A DNA stretch of 64,000 nt from an uncultured Verrucomicrobiota bacterium (GTDB taxonomy: Bacteria > Verrucomicrobiota > Kiritimatiellia > CAIKKV01): contig CAZSUH010000004.1 of the NCBI GenBank assembly GCA_964609905.1, positions 971 to 64,970 of the forward strand, given 5' to 3'. The position numbers and the translations under genes were made by a program. The notes under the pieces are model-generated. The model was not told the origin of the DNA, did no database searches, and saw only the letters and a list, made by a program, of their open reading frames with translations. Position 1 is the first letter of the stretch. Every line of letters starts with the position of its first letter. Shown here one piece after another: positions 17,001 through 24,229 of the stretch.

Positions 17001-18818
17001 GCGGGTGAAAGCGCTGTTCCAGTCGGTTCCGTCCGCCGCACCCGTGGCGCCGGCGCGCACGTGGATGACGTCCGCGCCCCCGCCGACGCCGTGCAGCAGC
17101 GGATAAGCCGGCCCGGTGGCGAACGACGCGACCGGCGCCCAGCTCATGCCCGCGGCGTTGCTGGCGAAACATCGGTAGTAGTACGTGGTGTTCGTCATGA
17201 GGTATGGCGTTGTGACGGAAAAGACCATTCCCCCCGCCTGCCGCTGCGGATAAAGAATCTGCACCGCATCCCAGCCGTTGGTGGTCTCACCGGCGATGCT
17301 GGTCGTGCCGTAGCAGAAACCGACGGCAGCCAGGACGGGAACGCGGTTGGTCAGTTCGCCGCGCAGCACCATCCGCGTGTAGTCGTTGGTGAGCGGGTCG
17401 TGGCTGGCCACCTGCGGCGCCGCGGCGCCGCTCTTGGATGCCTGCGCCGTGCCTCCGTAGGCGCCCAGGTTGATCCGGTCGTCATTCGGAGCAGGCTCCA
17501 ACCCCACCGAATCGGCCGGGTTCCCGGCGTCAATGTACGGACTGAACGTCGTGTCGGTGGTCACAAAATCGCCCAGGGCCGGGTCCCAGCGTCCTATCGG
17601 GCTTTGCAGGCGCAGGTCGGTGGCGCTTGCGAAGAGCGGATCGTTGGTCATGCAGTTCGAGAAGGTGGCGGACCCGCCGACCACGTAAACGTGCTGCAAC
17701 CCCAGGCCGGTCAGCGCGCAGTGATCGGCCGACAGGCTGCCGCCCGTCATGTAGATTTCCTTTCCTGTCCAGAGGCTGCGCACGGAGTTGTTCCACAGAA
17801 TGGAGTTCTTCAGGACCACCGCGCCGCTGCTCACGCGAATCGCACCGCCGTTCCCGGTGTCGTTGAGGTTGTCGTAGAACGTGCAGTTGGCAAGCGTGGC
17901 GGTGCTGGCAGCGGCCATGTTCACCCACAGCGCCGCCCCCGCCTGATCGGTGTTATTTTGCCACAAACCCTGGTTGCCCCGGAACAGGCAGTTGCTGAAA
18001 GAGGCAGCGGTGGTCCCGGCGAGACAAACGGCCGCCCCGCCGCCGTAGTTGTTGGCTCCGGCGCGGTTGTCAATGAAATCCGTGCGGAGGACACTCAGCG
18101 TCCCGTTGTTGAAGTACAGCCCCACGCCGCATGCCGTGCGCGTGTCATTGTAAACTCCATACTGGTTCGAGAACACGCAGTCCACGACCCGCAGGTTCGC
18201 GTTCAGGGAATAGATGCCGAAACCGGATCCGCTGTAGGCGGTGGAACCGCTAATGGTGTTGTTGGCCACCACGCAGTTGGTGAGCAGGATGGACTGGACG
18301 GCCCCGACGCTGGGGGCGAAATACCCGCCCAGCCCTTTCATGCTTTTGGTTCGGCCTTCGTGATTCACGATCCGGCAGTTGGCCAGCGTCAACGAGCCGG
18401 CCGTCGTTTTCGTGATGCCGCCCGCGGCCGAGCCATAGCTGTTGCTGATCACCAATCCGTCGAGCGTGACGTTCGTGCCGGTCACCGTCACCACGCGCAG
18501 GTTCTGGCCGTTGCCGTCCAGGATCGTCGGATAGGCTTTCCCGTCGCGCTCGTTCCGCGCGGCCATGCCGTTGGTGAAACCGCCATAGAGCGCGCAGTTG
18601 GTCTGGACGGTGAAAGTGGCCGCGCTCGAGTAGATGCCCTGCGCGAGCCAGATTTCATCGTTGTTCGAGGCGTTGGCCAGCGCGTTGACGAGCGAGGCGG
18701 GGGTATCCCAACTGGCCCCGGCGGGGTCCGTGCCGGTGGGGGTGACGCGGATGATATCGGCGCCGGCGACGCGGCCCGCGGTCAGGATGCATAGAAACAA
18801 AACGGCCCATCGCGTCAT
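14022..18818 (-). CDS. Giant secreted beta-helix repeat protein (1598 aa), three tandem modules
   Basis: Signal peptide MTRWAVLFLCILTAGRVAGA. Each module has PbH1-like coils (xxNCxFxxN), then DPLFASATDLxLQSxxGRWDP...SPxIDAGxPxDS...GAYGG, then an Fn3-like TTYYYR..A.N.AG segment. There is no beta-barrel and no PEP-CTERM tail (the protein ends ...APRGSLILVR). Confidence 0.85.
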   Translation of the reverse strand: MTRWAVLFLCILTAGRVAGADIIRVTPTGTDPAGASWDTPASLVNALANASNNDEIWLAQGIYSSAATFTVQTNCALYGGFTNGMAARNERDGKAYPTILDGNGQNLRVVTVTGTNVTLDGLVISNSYGSAAGGITKTTAGSLTLANCRIVNHEGRTKSMKGLGGYFAPSVGAVQSILLTNCVVANNTISGSTAYSGSGFGIYSLNANLRVVDCVFSNQYGVYNDTRTACGVGLYFNNGTLSVLRTDFIDNRAGANNYGGGAAVCLAGTTAASFSNCLFRGNQGLWQNNTDQAGAALWVNMAAASTATLANCTFYDNLNDTGNGGAIRVSSGAVVLKNSILWNNSVRSLWTGKEIYMTGGSLSADHCALTGLGLQHVYVVGGSATFSNCMTNDPLFASATDLRLQSPIGRWDPALGDFVTTDTTFSPYIDAGNPADSVGLEPAPNDDRINLGAYGGTAQASKSGAAAPQVASHDPLTNDYTRMVLRGELTNRVPVLAAVGFCYGTTSIAGETTNGWDAVQILYPQRQAGGMVFSVTTPYLMTNTTYYYRCFASNAAGMSWAPVASFATGPAYPLLHGVGGGADVIHVRAGATGAADGTDWNSAFTRIADAIPAIRGSRTNIWITSGTYSEGVRLLLTNSATLVGGFAGTETAVSGRAATNAAGVVTNYTVINGNESNQCLLVTGGNVWLDTLSVTKTDRPRALEKSGTGNLVLNNCRIEENQVVGWPGSLGLGAYFSGGTVLITNCVFRDNQLPSTTVDSYSWIGLGLYGSGVTLTIVDSAFSGQDGDPYRARTLRGAGLGFQDGTLQVIRTEFVGNSASDNNGGGGAVYLGNGTALSATFSNCLFRANYVPHANGNNGYGGAVYAQLNASRSASFVNCTFTANTNANNIGLGGAIHLSEGTLNLKNCILWANRCTGTSASGDDLANAVGTVNASYSSLTAFGIPQIYGMVNFSNCREGDPLFASATDLHLQSKAGRWDPAAGDFITTDAEFSPCIDAGDPTDSIGDEPTDNGNIRINMGAYGGTAEAGKSPPATPPLPANRDCSVLYNRASISGELINDTFVSAQIYLCYGTTRIPGDTTNGWDGVKDVGEKQNGAVFSTWTPALLPETTYYYRWHAVNNAGSNWTAAASFETGVAGPGGGADVIHVDRLATGAGDGSDWANAYTKIVDGISAISGTRTNLWITGVTYGEGALLTLSKSAALVGGFAGTETAVAERALINAFGVVTNYTVISGEASHRCLSVTAGDVLLDSLVFSNCPISQALSKSGGGALTMANCRIEGNSGVTDGVGGYFTAGSVLMTNCVVTGNRATTYHKRGFGIWSSGAQLQIVDCVFASNSNEDGVGTRGTVGVGLAFNNGTLNVLRTDFIGNKAGANNTGGGAGVYVGNTAGTAASFSNCVFRDNVALLNAPTTPGYGGAMWLNLPAASTARVVNCTFKDNINSNGNGGAIYLDGGTLVLKNSILWTNAVAAVFTGSEIFATNAVSRATVSYSDLTGSNVPHVVTGGGAVVEYLNGVISADPQFASATDAHLRSRGGRRDPEASSWVRDAVTSPCIDAGDPADSVGLEPRPNGGVINMGAYGGTIQASLSAPRGSLILVR
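14025..18758 (-). repeat. Three intragenic tandem modules (about 17073-18758, 15393-17072, 14025-15392)
   Basis: Module starts: DIIRVTPTGTDPAGASWDTPA / DVIHVRAGATGAADGTDWNSAF / DVIHVDRLATGAGDGSDWANAY. Each is about 560 aa, and the third lacks the trailing Fn3-like part. The repeats are divergent at protein level, not identical DNA. Confidence 0.8.
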
Positions 18819-18974
18819 GATCAGCTCTTGGTGTCGGCATGCGGAGATTTCAGGAAGCGCGATACGCATGTTTACTATAAAAAGAGAAGCCGTCAAACAA
18901 TTTTAATGATTTTGTTTTGCTCGCTACAGGTCTCCTGTTTTGAAAATCCCGCGACAGAATCATTTTATTGCACC

Positions 18975-19166
18975 CGGATCACCGCGGCCTCTTCCGCGGG
19001 AAGGTTAACCTGAATGCGTCAGTTTCGAGCCCGCAACCGGCGCCGCTGCGGCAACCGTCATCTCGACATTGAACGCTTCCGGCGCCGCTTCCGGTCGGAT
19101 CACAACGCCCGGATGCTCGCCGCCATGATCCGTTCCGGCCAGGGTGGTGTCCAACAACGCTTCCGT
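18975..19166 (-). pseudogene. Truncated, frameshifted 3' remnant of a gene paralogous to the 9983-10165 tail
   Basis: Own translation: ...EALLDTTLAGTDHGGEHPGVVIRPEAAPEAFNVEMTVAAAAPVAGSKL, then a frame change to RIQVNLPAEEAAVIRVQ*. Compare ...RLVWRVNIPAGKTGVILMQ* at 9983. The remnant is cut off exactly at the duplication junction 19166/19167. Confidence 0.4.
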
Positions 19167-19171
19167 GCGGC

Positions 19172-19555
19172 GTGATCTTCGACATGGACGGCACGCTGAC
19201 CCTGCCGGTGATTGACTTTGCTCTCATGCGGGCCCGCCTGGGCATTCCAGAGGGCGACATGCTGGCGGCCATCCGGTCCTGGCCCCCCGACAAACAGGCC
19301 TGGGCATTCGCCGAGGTGGAAGCGCTCGAGGAAGAGGCCAGCCGCCAGTTGAAACTGCAGCCCGGCGCGGAGGCGTTGATGCAGGCGCTCGACAGGCGCG
19401 GCCTACCCAAGGCCATCCTGACCCGGAACACGGAAAAATCGGTATTGCACCTGCAGCGGTTCCTGCACTCCCGCTTTTCGGTCATCGTCACGGCCGAACT
19501 GGCGGACTTCACGGTGGAGAGTTTGGAGCAGTTGGCGGTCCGTTTTTCGGATTAA
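19172..19555 (+). pseudogene. HAD hydrolase remnant (lacks the first 9 codons/ATG and 58 internal codons)
   Basis: (V)IFDMDGTLT...RFSVIVT|AELADFTVESLEQLAVRFSD. The in-frame deletion removes RDFPTCKPD...VGDYRDD...NGRNAAF, i.e. HAD motifs III/IV. Confidence 0.8.
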
Positions 19556-20405
19556 GAGATCCGACCGATCCGTCGGATCCGACCGATCGGTCCGATTCTT
19601 CAACCTCCCGAAGCCCTTTGCAGCCGGGATAGCCTGTGCAGCCCCAAAAAGGCGTTCCGGCGCGGGCCCCTTTCCGTGCCATTCGCATGGCCATTGCTTT
19701 TCCGCAAACTGGGCAAACGGGAGCGTTGACCGCGGCGATAGTCTGCTTTTGCCTTTCATCCATTCGCGCGGCGGCCAAGCGTTCGGTATAGCCGCCATCC
19801 TGGATGAACTGGCGTTCCAAGCCCTCAATTTGCCGGTCCAGCAGATAATTGGCCTGATGAACCAGGCAAATGATCGCATTGGCCACCACGGCGGGATCCG
19901 GATTTTCCAGCCACTGTGTATAGGCCTGCCAATCGGGCCGATCCGTCGGATCCGACCGATCGGTCCGATTTTCTCTTCGGTTCCCCCCGATCGCCCGCAC
20001 CTGCCGGGCCCGCGAATCCTCTTTCCCCCACTGCGCAATGTTTCTTTGCCGCAGGAAGTCCTCGTAGTCCAGCAACAGTTCGTCGAGACTGGCGCGCGCA
20101 ACATTCACCAGACGCAATTCGGTTTGGCTGGACGCCGCCGAGGCCCGGCTTCCTTCGGCAATATTCTGGCGTCCACTTCGTGCAGCCTGCACCATCTGGT
20201 CCACCGTGCGGGAGCGTTTGTCCACGAATCGCTCACAAAAAGAAACGGTGGCATCGTAGATAATGGAGGTTACCTGAAAACTGCGCAACCGGCGATAGCC
20301 ACCGCTGGGGCGCAAGCGTGCGAGCCGGTTCTTTTCTTCTGGCGATCCGACCGATCCGTCGGATCCGACCGATCGGTCCGATTTCTTAAAATCTTCCTGT
20401 TCCAT
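19509..20405 (-). CDS. Four-helix-bundle protein (23S rRNA-IVS / Avd family) + 'suffix' domain + C-terminal topoisomerase-type zinc ribbon
   Basis: YRRLRSFQVTSIIYDATVSFCERFV...QMVQAARSGRQNIAEGS...ELRLVNVARASLDELLLDYEDFL. This is followed by ...VVANAIICLVHQANYLLDRQIEGLERQFIQDGGYTERL and then CPVCGKAMAMRMARKGARAGTPFWGCTGYPGC. The 3' end reads antisense through the HAD remnant. Confidence 0.85.
   Translation of the reverse strand: MEQEDFKKSDRSVGSDGSVGSPEEKNRLARLRPSGGYRRLRSFQVTSIIYDATVSFCERFVDKRSRTVDQMVQAARSGRQNIAEGSRASAASSQTELRLVNVARASLDELLLDYEDFLRQRNIAQWGKEDSRARQVRAIGGNRRENRTDRSDPTDRPDWQAYTQWLENPDPAVVANAIICLVHQANYLLDRQIEGLERQFIQDGGYTERLAAARMDERQKQTIAAVNAPVCPVCGKAMAMRMARKGARAGTPFWGCTGYPGCKGLREVEESDRSVGSDGSVGSLNPKNGPPTAPNSPP
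19558..19596. repeat. 39-nt GATC-rich repeat, copy b
   Basis: Identical 39-mer. On the minus strand it encodes SDRSVGSDGSVGS near the C-terminus of the four-helix-bundle protein. Confidence 0.9.
19938..19969. repeat. GATC-rich repeat, copy c (32 of 39 nt), internal to the four-helix-bundle gene
   Basis: ccgatccgtcggatccgaccgatcggtccgat. Here it is translated in a different frame (NRTDRSDPTDRPD) from copies b and d (SDRSVGSDGSVGS). Confidence 0.85.
20344..20382. repeat. 39-nt GATC-rich repeat, copy d
   Basis: Identical 39-mer encoding residues 9-21 (SDRSVGSDGSVGS) of the four-helix-bundle protein. Confidence 0.9.
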
Positions 20406-20474
20406 GACATTTCCTTATTACCGTGCATAAGTCGGCAATCGCTACGCAGGATCGTTCCGGAAATGTCAGGAGTT

Positions 20475-20503
20475 ACATTAGGCCAACCTCCGCGAAAAAG
20501 CAA
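20475..20503 (-). promoter_or_regulatory. Putative sigma70-type promoter of the four-helix-bundle gene
   Basis: The minus strand reads TTGCTT-17 nt-TAATGT (-35 at 20498-20503, -10 at 20475-20480), about 70 nt upstream of the ATG. The scar copy at 9930-9965 has a degenerate version, CTGCTT-17-TAACGG. Confidence 0.35.
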
Positions 20504-20535
20504 GAATTCCGCGACAGAATGCCGATTCACCGCGT

Positions 20536-21627
20536 TTACGAAGCCGCCTTCCACCGCTTCACCTCGGCCATCAGCGCATCCACAATCTTCGACTCCGGTA
20601 CGCGGTCGCCCGGTTTGCCCCGCACGTAAATCGTCCCCTGCCCTTCGCCCCCCGCCACGGCGATGTCCGCTTCGCGCGCTTCGCCCGGGCCGTTGACCAC
20701 GCACCCCATCACCGCCACGCGGGGATACGGGCCGGGATGTTCGCGGCAATAGGCTTCCAGTTCCACCTCGAGCCGTTGCGCAATGCCGGCCACGTCGATC
20801 CGCGTCCGTCCACAGGTTGGGCAGGAGGTCACGCTCGGGCCCGGAGGACGCAGCCCGAGGCTGCGCAGCAGTTCCATCCCCACCCGTACCTCCTGCAGCG
20901 GCGAATCGGTCAGGGACACGCGGATCGTGTCCCCAATGCCTTCCGCCAACAGAATGCCCATGGCCACGCTCGATCGCACCGTGCCGGCCAGAAAGGTGCC
21001 GGCCTCGGTCACGCCGAGGTGCAACGCATAATCGCATCGCGACGCGAGCAACCGGTAGGCCGCCACGGTCCGCTCCACGTCCGACGCCTTGACGGAGATC
21101 TTGATCTCCCGGTAATCGGCATCCTCCAGCAACCGCACGTGACCCATCGCGCTCTCGACCAGCGCTTCCGGCGTGGGGCCCCCGAACCGGGCCAGGATAT
21201 CCTTCTCCAGCGAACCGCCGTTCACGCCGATGCGAATCGGAACCCGCCGCTCGCGCGCCGCGCGCACCACCTCTCGAACCCGCTCCGCGCTTCCGATGTT
21301 GCCGGGATTGATCCGTAATCCGTCCACGCCCGCCTCCAGCGCCATCAGCGCGAGGGTGTGCCGGAAATGGATGTCTGCCACAACCGGGATGGGGCTTCCC
21401 TTTCGAATCGCGCCCAGGGCAAGGGCGGCCGTCTCGTCGGGCACCGCCACACGAACGATATCGCACCCCAGCGCCGCCGCCTCGCCGATCTGCGCGATCG
21501 TGGCGGCACTGTCGCGGGTGTCGGTCTTGGTCATCGTCTGGACGGTCACCGGAGACCGGCCGCCCACGGGAACTGTCCCGACCTGTATCCGTCGCGTGGT
21601 GTGTCGCGGATCCGGGAAGGCGGTCAT
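20536..21627 (-). CDS. ispG: 4-hydroxy-3-methylbut-2-en-1-yl diphosphate synthase
   Basis: TRRIQVGTVPVGGRSPVTVQTMTKTDT...DIVRVAVPD...VADIHF...LRINPGNIG...VTSCPTCGRT...VMGCVVNGPGEA. Confidence 0.93.
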   Translation of the reverse strand: MTAFPDPRHTTRRIQVGTVPVGGRSPVTVQTMTKTDTRDSAATIAQIGEAAALGCDIVRVAVPDETAALALGAIRKGSPIPVVADIHFRHTLALMALEAGVDGLRINPGNIGSAERVREVVRAARERRVPIRIGVNGGSLEKDILARFGGPTPEALVESAMGHVRLLEDADYREIKISVKASDVERTVAAYRLLASRCDYALHLGVTEAGTFLAGTVRSSVAMGILLAEGIGDTIRVSLTDSPLQEVRVGMELLRSLGLRPPGPSVTSCPTCGRTRIDVAGIAQRLEVELEAYCREHPGPYPRVAVMGCVVNGPGEAREADIAVAGGEGQGTIYVRGKPGDRVPESKIVDALMAEVKRWKAAS

Positions 21628-23036
21628 GGCGTCTTCTCCGATGGTGGCGCCGCGGCGCCCGGCTCGGCCGGCGCGTCGGCGCTGGGCGCCTCCTTGATCA
21701 GGCCGGCAAAACGGCTCCAGATTTTCAGATCCCGGAAAGACAGGAATACCATCAGGGAAATCAGGAGGACGGCAAATCCGTTGATCAGGGCGTTCACCAC
21801 CCGTTCGCCCACGGGCCGCCGAAAGATCCCCTCATACAGGGAAAAGAGAATATGGCCGCCGTCGAGCACGGGGATCGGGAGCAGATTGAGAATCGCCAGG
21901 TTGACGTTCAGAAAACGCGCAAAACCGAGAACCAGCAGGATTCCCGCCTTGGCATAGAGCCAGAAGGCCACGAAAATACTGACCGGCCCCCCCACGCTCT
22001 TGGCGGCATGGCCCGATTGTTTGGGCGTGACCAGCGCCTTGAGAAACCGCAACACGCCGGTGGCATCCTGCTTGATCTGCTCCAGCGGAGTTTGCACCAT
22101 GGCGTCGAAGACGATACCCATGCGGACCATGTTATGCTCGGGGTCCCGCACCGGCGTCACGTTCAAGCCCAGCGTTCCGCCATTCCGCTCCACCGTCATG
22201 GGCGTGGCCTGGCCCTCGCGCGCCTGGACCATGGCGATCAAATGACCCCGTCCGGCCACGATAGCGCCATTGAAGGTTTTGATGATGTCTCCCGGTTGGA
22301 CCCCGGCTTGCTCGGCCATCGAACCCGCCGCCACCAGCCCCACCTTGCAGACCGAGCCCTGCTCGACTCCTTCGAGCATCCGGATTTCGAAGACGTTCGC
22401 GTTCGTGCTGGTGGCCAGGGTCATCGACGCGTCGTTCCCGTCCGGACGGCGCACCTTCAATTCCACTATTTCGCTGAGCGAACAGACCTGAACCAGTTCG
22501 TTCCAGGTGCTGACGGAATGGCCGTTCGCCTCGATCACGGTGTCGCCGGGCCGGAGACCTTCGGCATACGCCACGGTGTTGGTCTCCACATATCCCACCA
22601 CGGCGCCGTCCTGGCCTGGCATCATGGGCTTGTCGGCCGCGTACACGATCCAGGCCAGAAGCAGGGCCAACGCCAAGTTGCCCCCGGCCCCGGCTACGGA
22701 TACCGCGATTTTTTTCCAGACCGCCGGACGCGGCAGCGTCCGCGACGCCTGGTCGCCGTCGCCCTGCACGGCATCCATCCCCGAGGGGTCCAACTGGGGC
22801 AGCGCCACGTAGCCGCCAAAGGGGATGCAACCGATCTTGAGCAACACCCCGCCGACGCGCCGCTTCCAGATGGCGGGTCCGAAGCCGATCGAAAACACAT
22901 CCACCACCATTCCGCACAACCGGGCGGCCAAAAAATGCCCGAACTCGTGCACGAACACGCTGACGCCGAACAGCAGGATCACCGCCACAACGGCGTAGAC
23001 ATTCGAAAAAATCGCCTTGATCGTGATTCCGTCCAT
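21624..23036 (-). CDS. rseP: RIP (site-2) zinc metalloprotease with PDZ domains
   Basis: VFVHEFGHFLAARLCGM (HExxH)...NLLPIPVLDGGH. ATGA overlap with the ispG start. Confidence 0.9.
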   Translation of the reverse strand: MDGITIKAIFSNVYAVVAVILLFGVSVFVHEFGHFLAARLCGMVVDVFSIGFGPAIWKRRVGGVLLKIGCIPFGGYVALPQLDPSGMDAVQGDGDQASRTLPRPAVWKKIAVSVAGAGGNLALALLLAWIVYAADKPMMPGQDGAVVGYVETNTVAYAEGLRPGDTVIEANGHSVSTWNELVQVCSLSEIVELKVRRPDGNDASMTLATSTNANVFEIRMLEGVEQGSVCKVGLVAAGSMAEQAGVQPGDIIKTFNGAIVAGRGHLIAMVQAREGQATPMTVERNGGTLGLNVTPVRDPEHNMVRMGIVFDAMVQTPLEQIKQDATGVLRFLKALVTPKQSGHAAKSVGGPVSIFVAFWLYAKAGILLVLGFARFLNVNLAILNLLPIPVLDGGHILFSLYEGIFRRPVGERVVNALINGFAVLLISLMVFLSFRDLKIWSRFAGLIKEAPSADAPAEPGAAAPPSEKTP

Positions 23037-23062
23037 CTTCGAACACTCGCTTTCCGGCCCGG

Positions 23063-24229
23063 TCAGGGCCGCGGTTGACCGATTGCGCCGATGCGTTCCG
23101 CTTCGCGGCGCGCCCAGGCGTCCGCTTCCAGGACCCCGTCCAGGGAGGGCTGTTTGTCGTTCGTGTGCCGGGCCATAACCGACTCGATGATCCGCCAGAT
23201 GGAAGAGAACCGTATTTTCTCTTCCAGGAACAGATGCACGGCCACCTCGTTGGCCGCGTTCATAACCGCGGGCAGGGTGCCGCCCGTGCGGCCCGCCGCG
23301 CGGGCGAGGCCCAGGCAGGGGAACCGGTCCGGCTCCGGCTCATGAAAGTGGAGGGTGCCGAGTTTTCCCAGATCCAGCGGCTTCAATCCGCCATCCATCC
23401 GACGGGGCCACGTGAGGGCGTATTGAATCGCGAAACGCATGTCCGTGGGCCCCATCTGGGCCAGCAGGCTGCCGTCCACGAATTCCACCAGCGAATGAAC
23501 CACACTTTCGGGGTGCACCACCACATCCATCCGTTCCAGCGGCACGTCAAAGAGCCACCGGGCCTCGATCAGTTCCAGCCCCTTGTTCATCAGTGTCGCC
23601 GAGTCGATCGTCACTTTCTTCCCCATGTTCCAGCGCGGATGCTGGAGCGCCTCCTCGCGGGTGACGCGGTCGAAATCGACCTCCGGCCGGGAGGCGAACG
23701 GCCCGCCGGATGCGGTCAGGACCAGTTTGCGCACCTCCGCGGGCTGGGCGCCCGAGAGGCACTGAAAGATGGCGCTGTGCTCGCTGTCCACGGGCAACAG
23801 GCGCGCGCCCGTGCGGCGGCAGGTGTCGGTCACGATCGCGCCGCCGCCCACCAGCACCTCTTTGGTGGCCAGGGCCACCGGGGTCCCGCGGGAAACGGCG
23901 GCCATCACGGGCCGGAACCCGGCCATGCCCACCACCGCGCAGAGCACGAGGTCCACCCCATCCATGCCGGCCAGTTCGGCCATGCCTTCGGGGCCGGACC
24001 CGACCGTGATGCCGGCCGGCGCGGCGGCCGCGCAGTCGCGCGCGGCGGCGGGATCCTCCACCGCCAGGTGGCGCGCCTTCAGCCGAAGGGCGGCATCCAG
24101 CGCCCGGCGCCAGTTGGTCCGAACCGCCAGTCCGACCACTTCGATCGACTCCGGAAGCGCCTCGGCCACCCGCAGCGCGTTTTCGCCGATGGAGCCGGTG
24201 CAGCCCAGGATGACCACTCTTCGTTTCAA
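23063..24229 (-). CDS. dxr: 1-deoxy-D-xylulose-5-phosphate reductoisomerase
   Basis: (L/M)KRRVVILGCTGSIGENAL...LPVDSEHSAIFQC...NKGLELIEA. The proposed TTG start at 24229 overlaps the cdsA TGA. The track's 466-aa form is an Arg/Pro-rich extension. Confidence 0.88.
   Translation of the reverse strand: MKRRVVILGCTGSIGENALRVAEALPESIEVVGLAVRTNWRRALDAALRLKARHLAVEDPAAARDCAAAAPAGITVGSGPEGMAELAGMDGVDLVLCAVVGMAGFRPVMAAVSRGTPVALATKEVLVGGGAIVTDTCRRTGARLLPVDSEHSAIFQCLSGAQPAEVRKLVLTASGGPFASRPEVDFDRVTREEALQHPRWNMGKKVTIDSATLMNKGLELIEARWLFDVPLERMDVVVHPESVVHSLVEFVDGSLLAQMGPTDMRFAIQYALTWPRRMDGGLKPLDLGKLGTLHFHEPEPDRFPCLGLARAAGRTGGTLPAVMNAANEVAVHLFLEEKIRFSSIWRIIESVMARHTNDKQPSLDGVLEADAWARREAERIGAIGQPRP

Larger units (their letters stand above)
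19167..19597 (+). repeat. Segmental duplication, copy 2 (431 bp; copy 1 minus 174 bp)
   Basis: Identical to 9243-9568 plus 9743-9847. The segment 9569-9742 is missing, and there is a 1-nt g microhomology at the deletion joint. Confidence 0.9.

Noticed and set aside
15105-18794. 1229-aa plus-strand ORF
   Set aside because: It lies antisense to the 1598-aa beta-helix gene. It is extremely Arg/Ala/Gly/Val-rich with no recognisable domains, so it is a shadow ORF.
18948-18960. A third, degenerate copy of the cassette 5' region (ccgcgacagaat shared with 20509-20520)
   Set aside because: It is only a 12-nt exact match, and matches of that length are expected by chance in 64 kb. The position is suggestive but it is not independently supportable.
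9975-19166. The 9-kb island as a classical mobile element or prophage
   Set aside because: No integrase, transposase, terminal inverted repeats, tRNA attachment site or phage genes were found. The flanking direct repeats are host gene sequence (HAD), which fits duplication or recombination better.
9808-20382. Whether the 18-nt tandem units or 39-nt repeats form a CRISPR array
   Set aside because: Only about 2 units occur per site, with no spacers of regular size, and the copies lie inside coding sequence. No cas genes are present in the window.
14022-20405. Diversity-generating retroelement (Avd-family four-helix-bundle gene close to a repeat-rich surface protein)
   Set aside because: No reverse transcriptase ORF is present. 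No template/variable repeat pair with adenine-specific differences was seen. The modules of the giant protein differ throughout rather than in a focused variable region.
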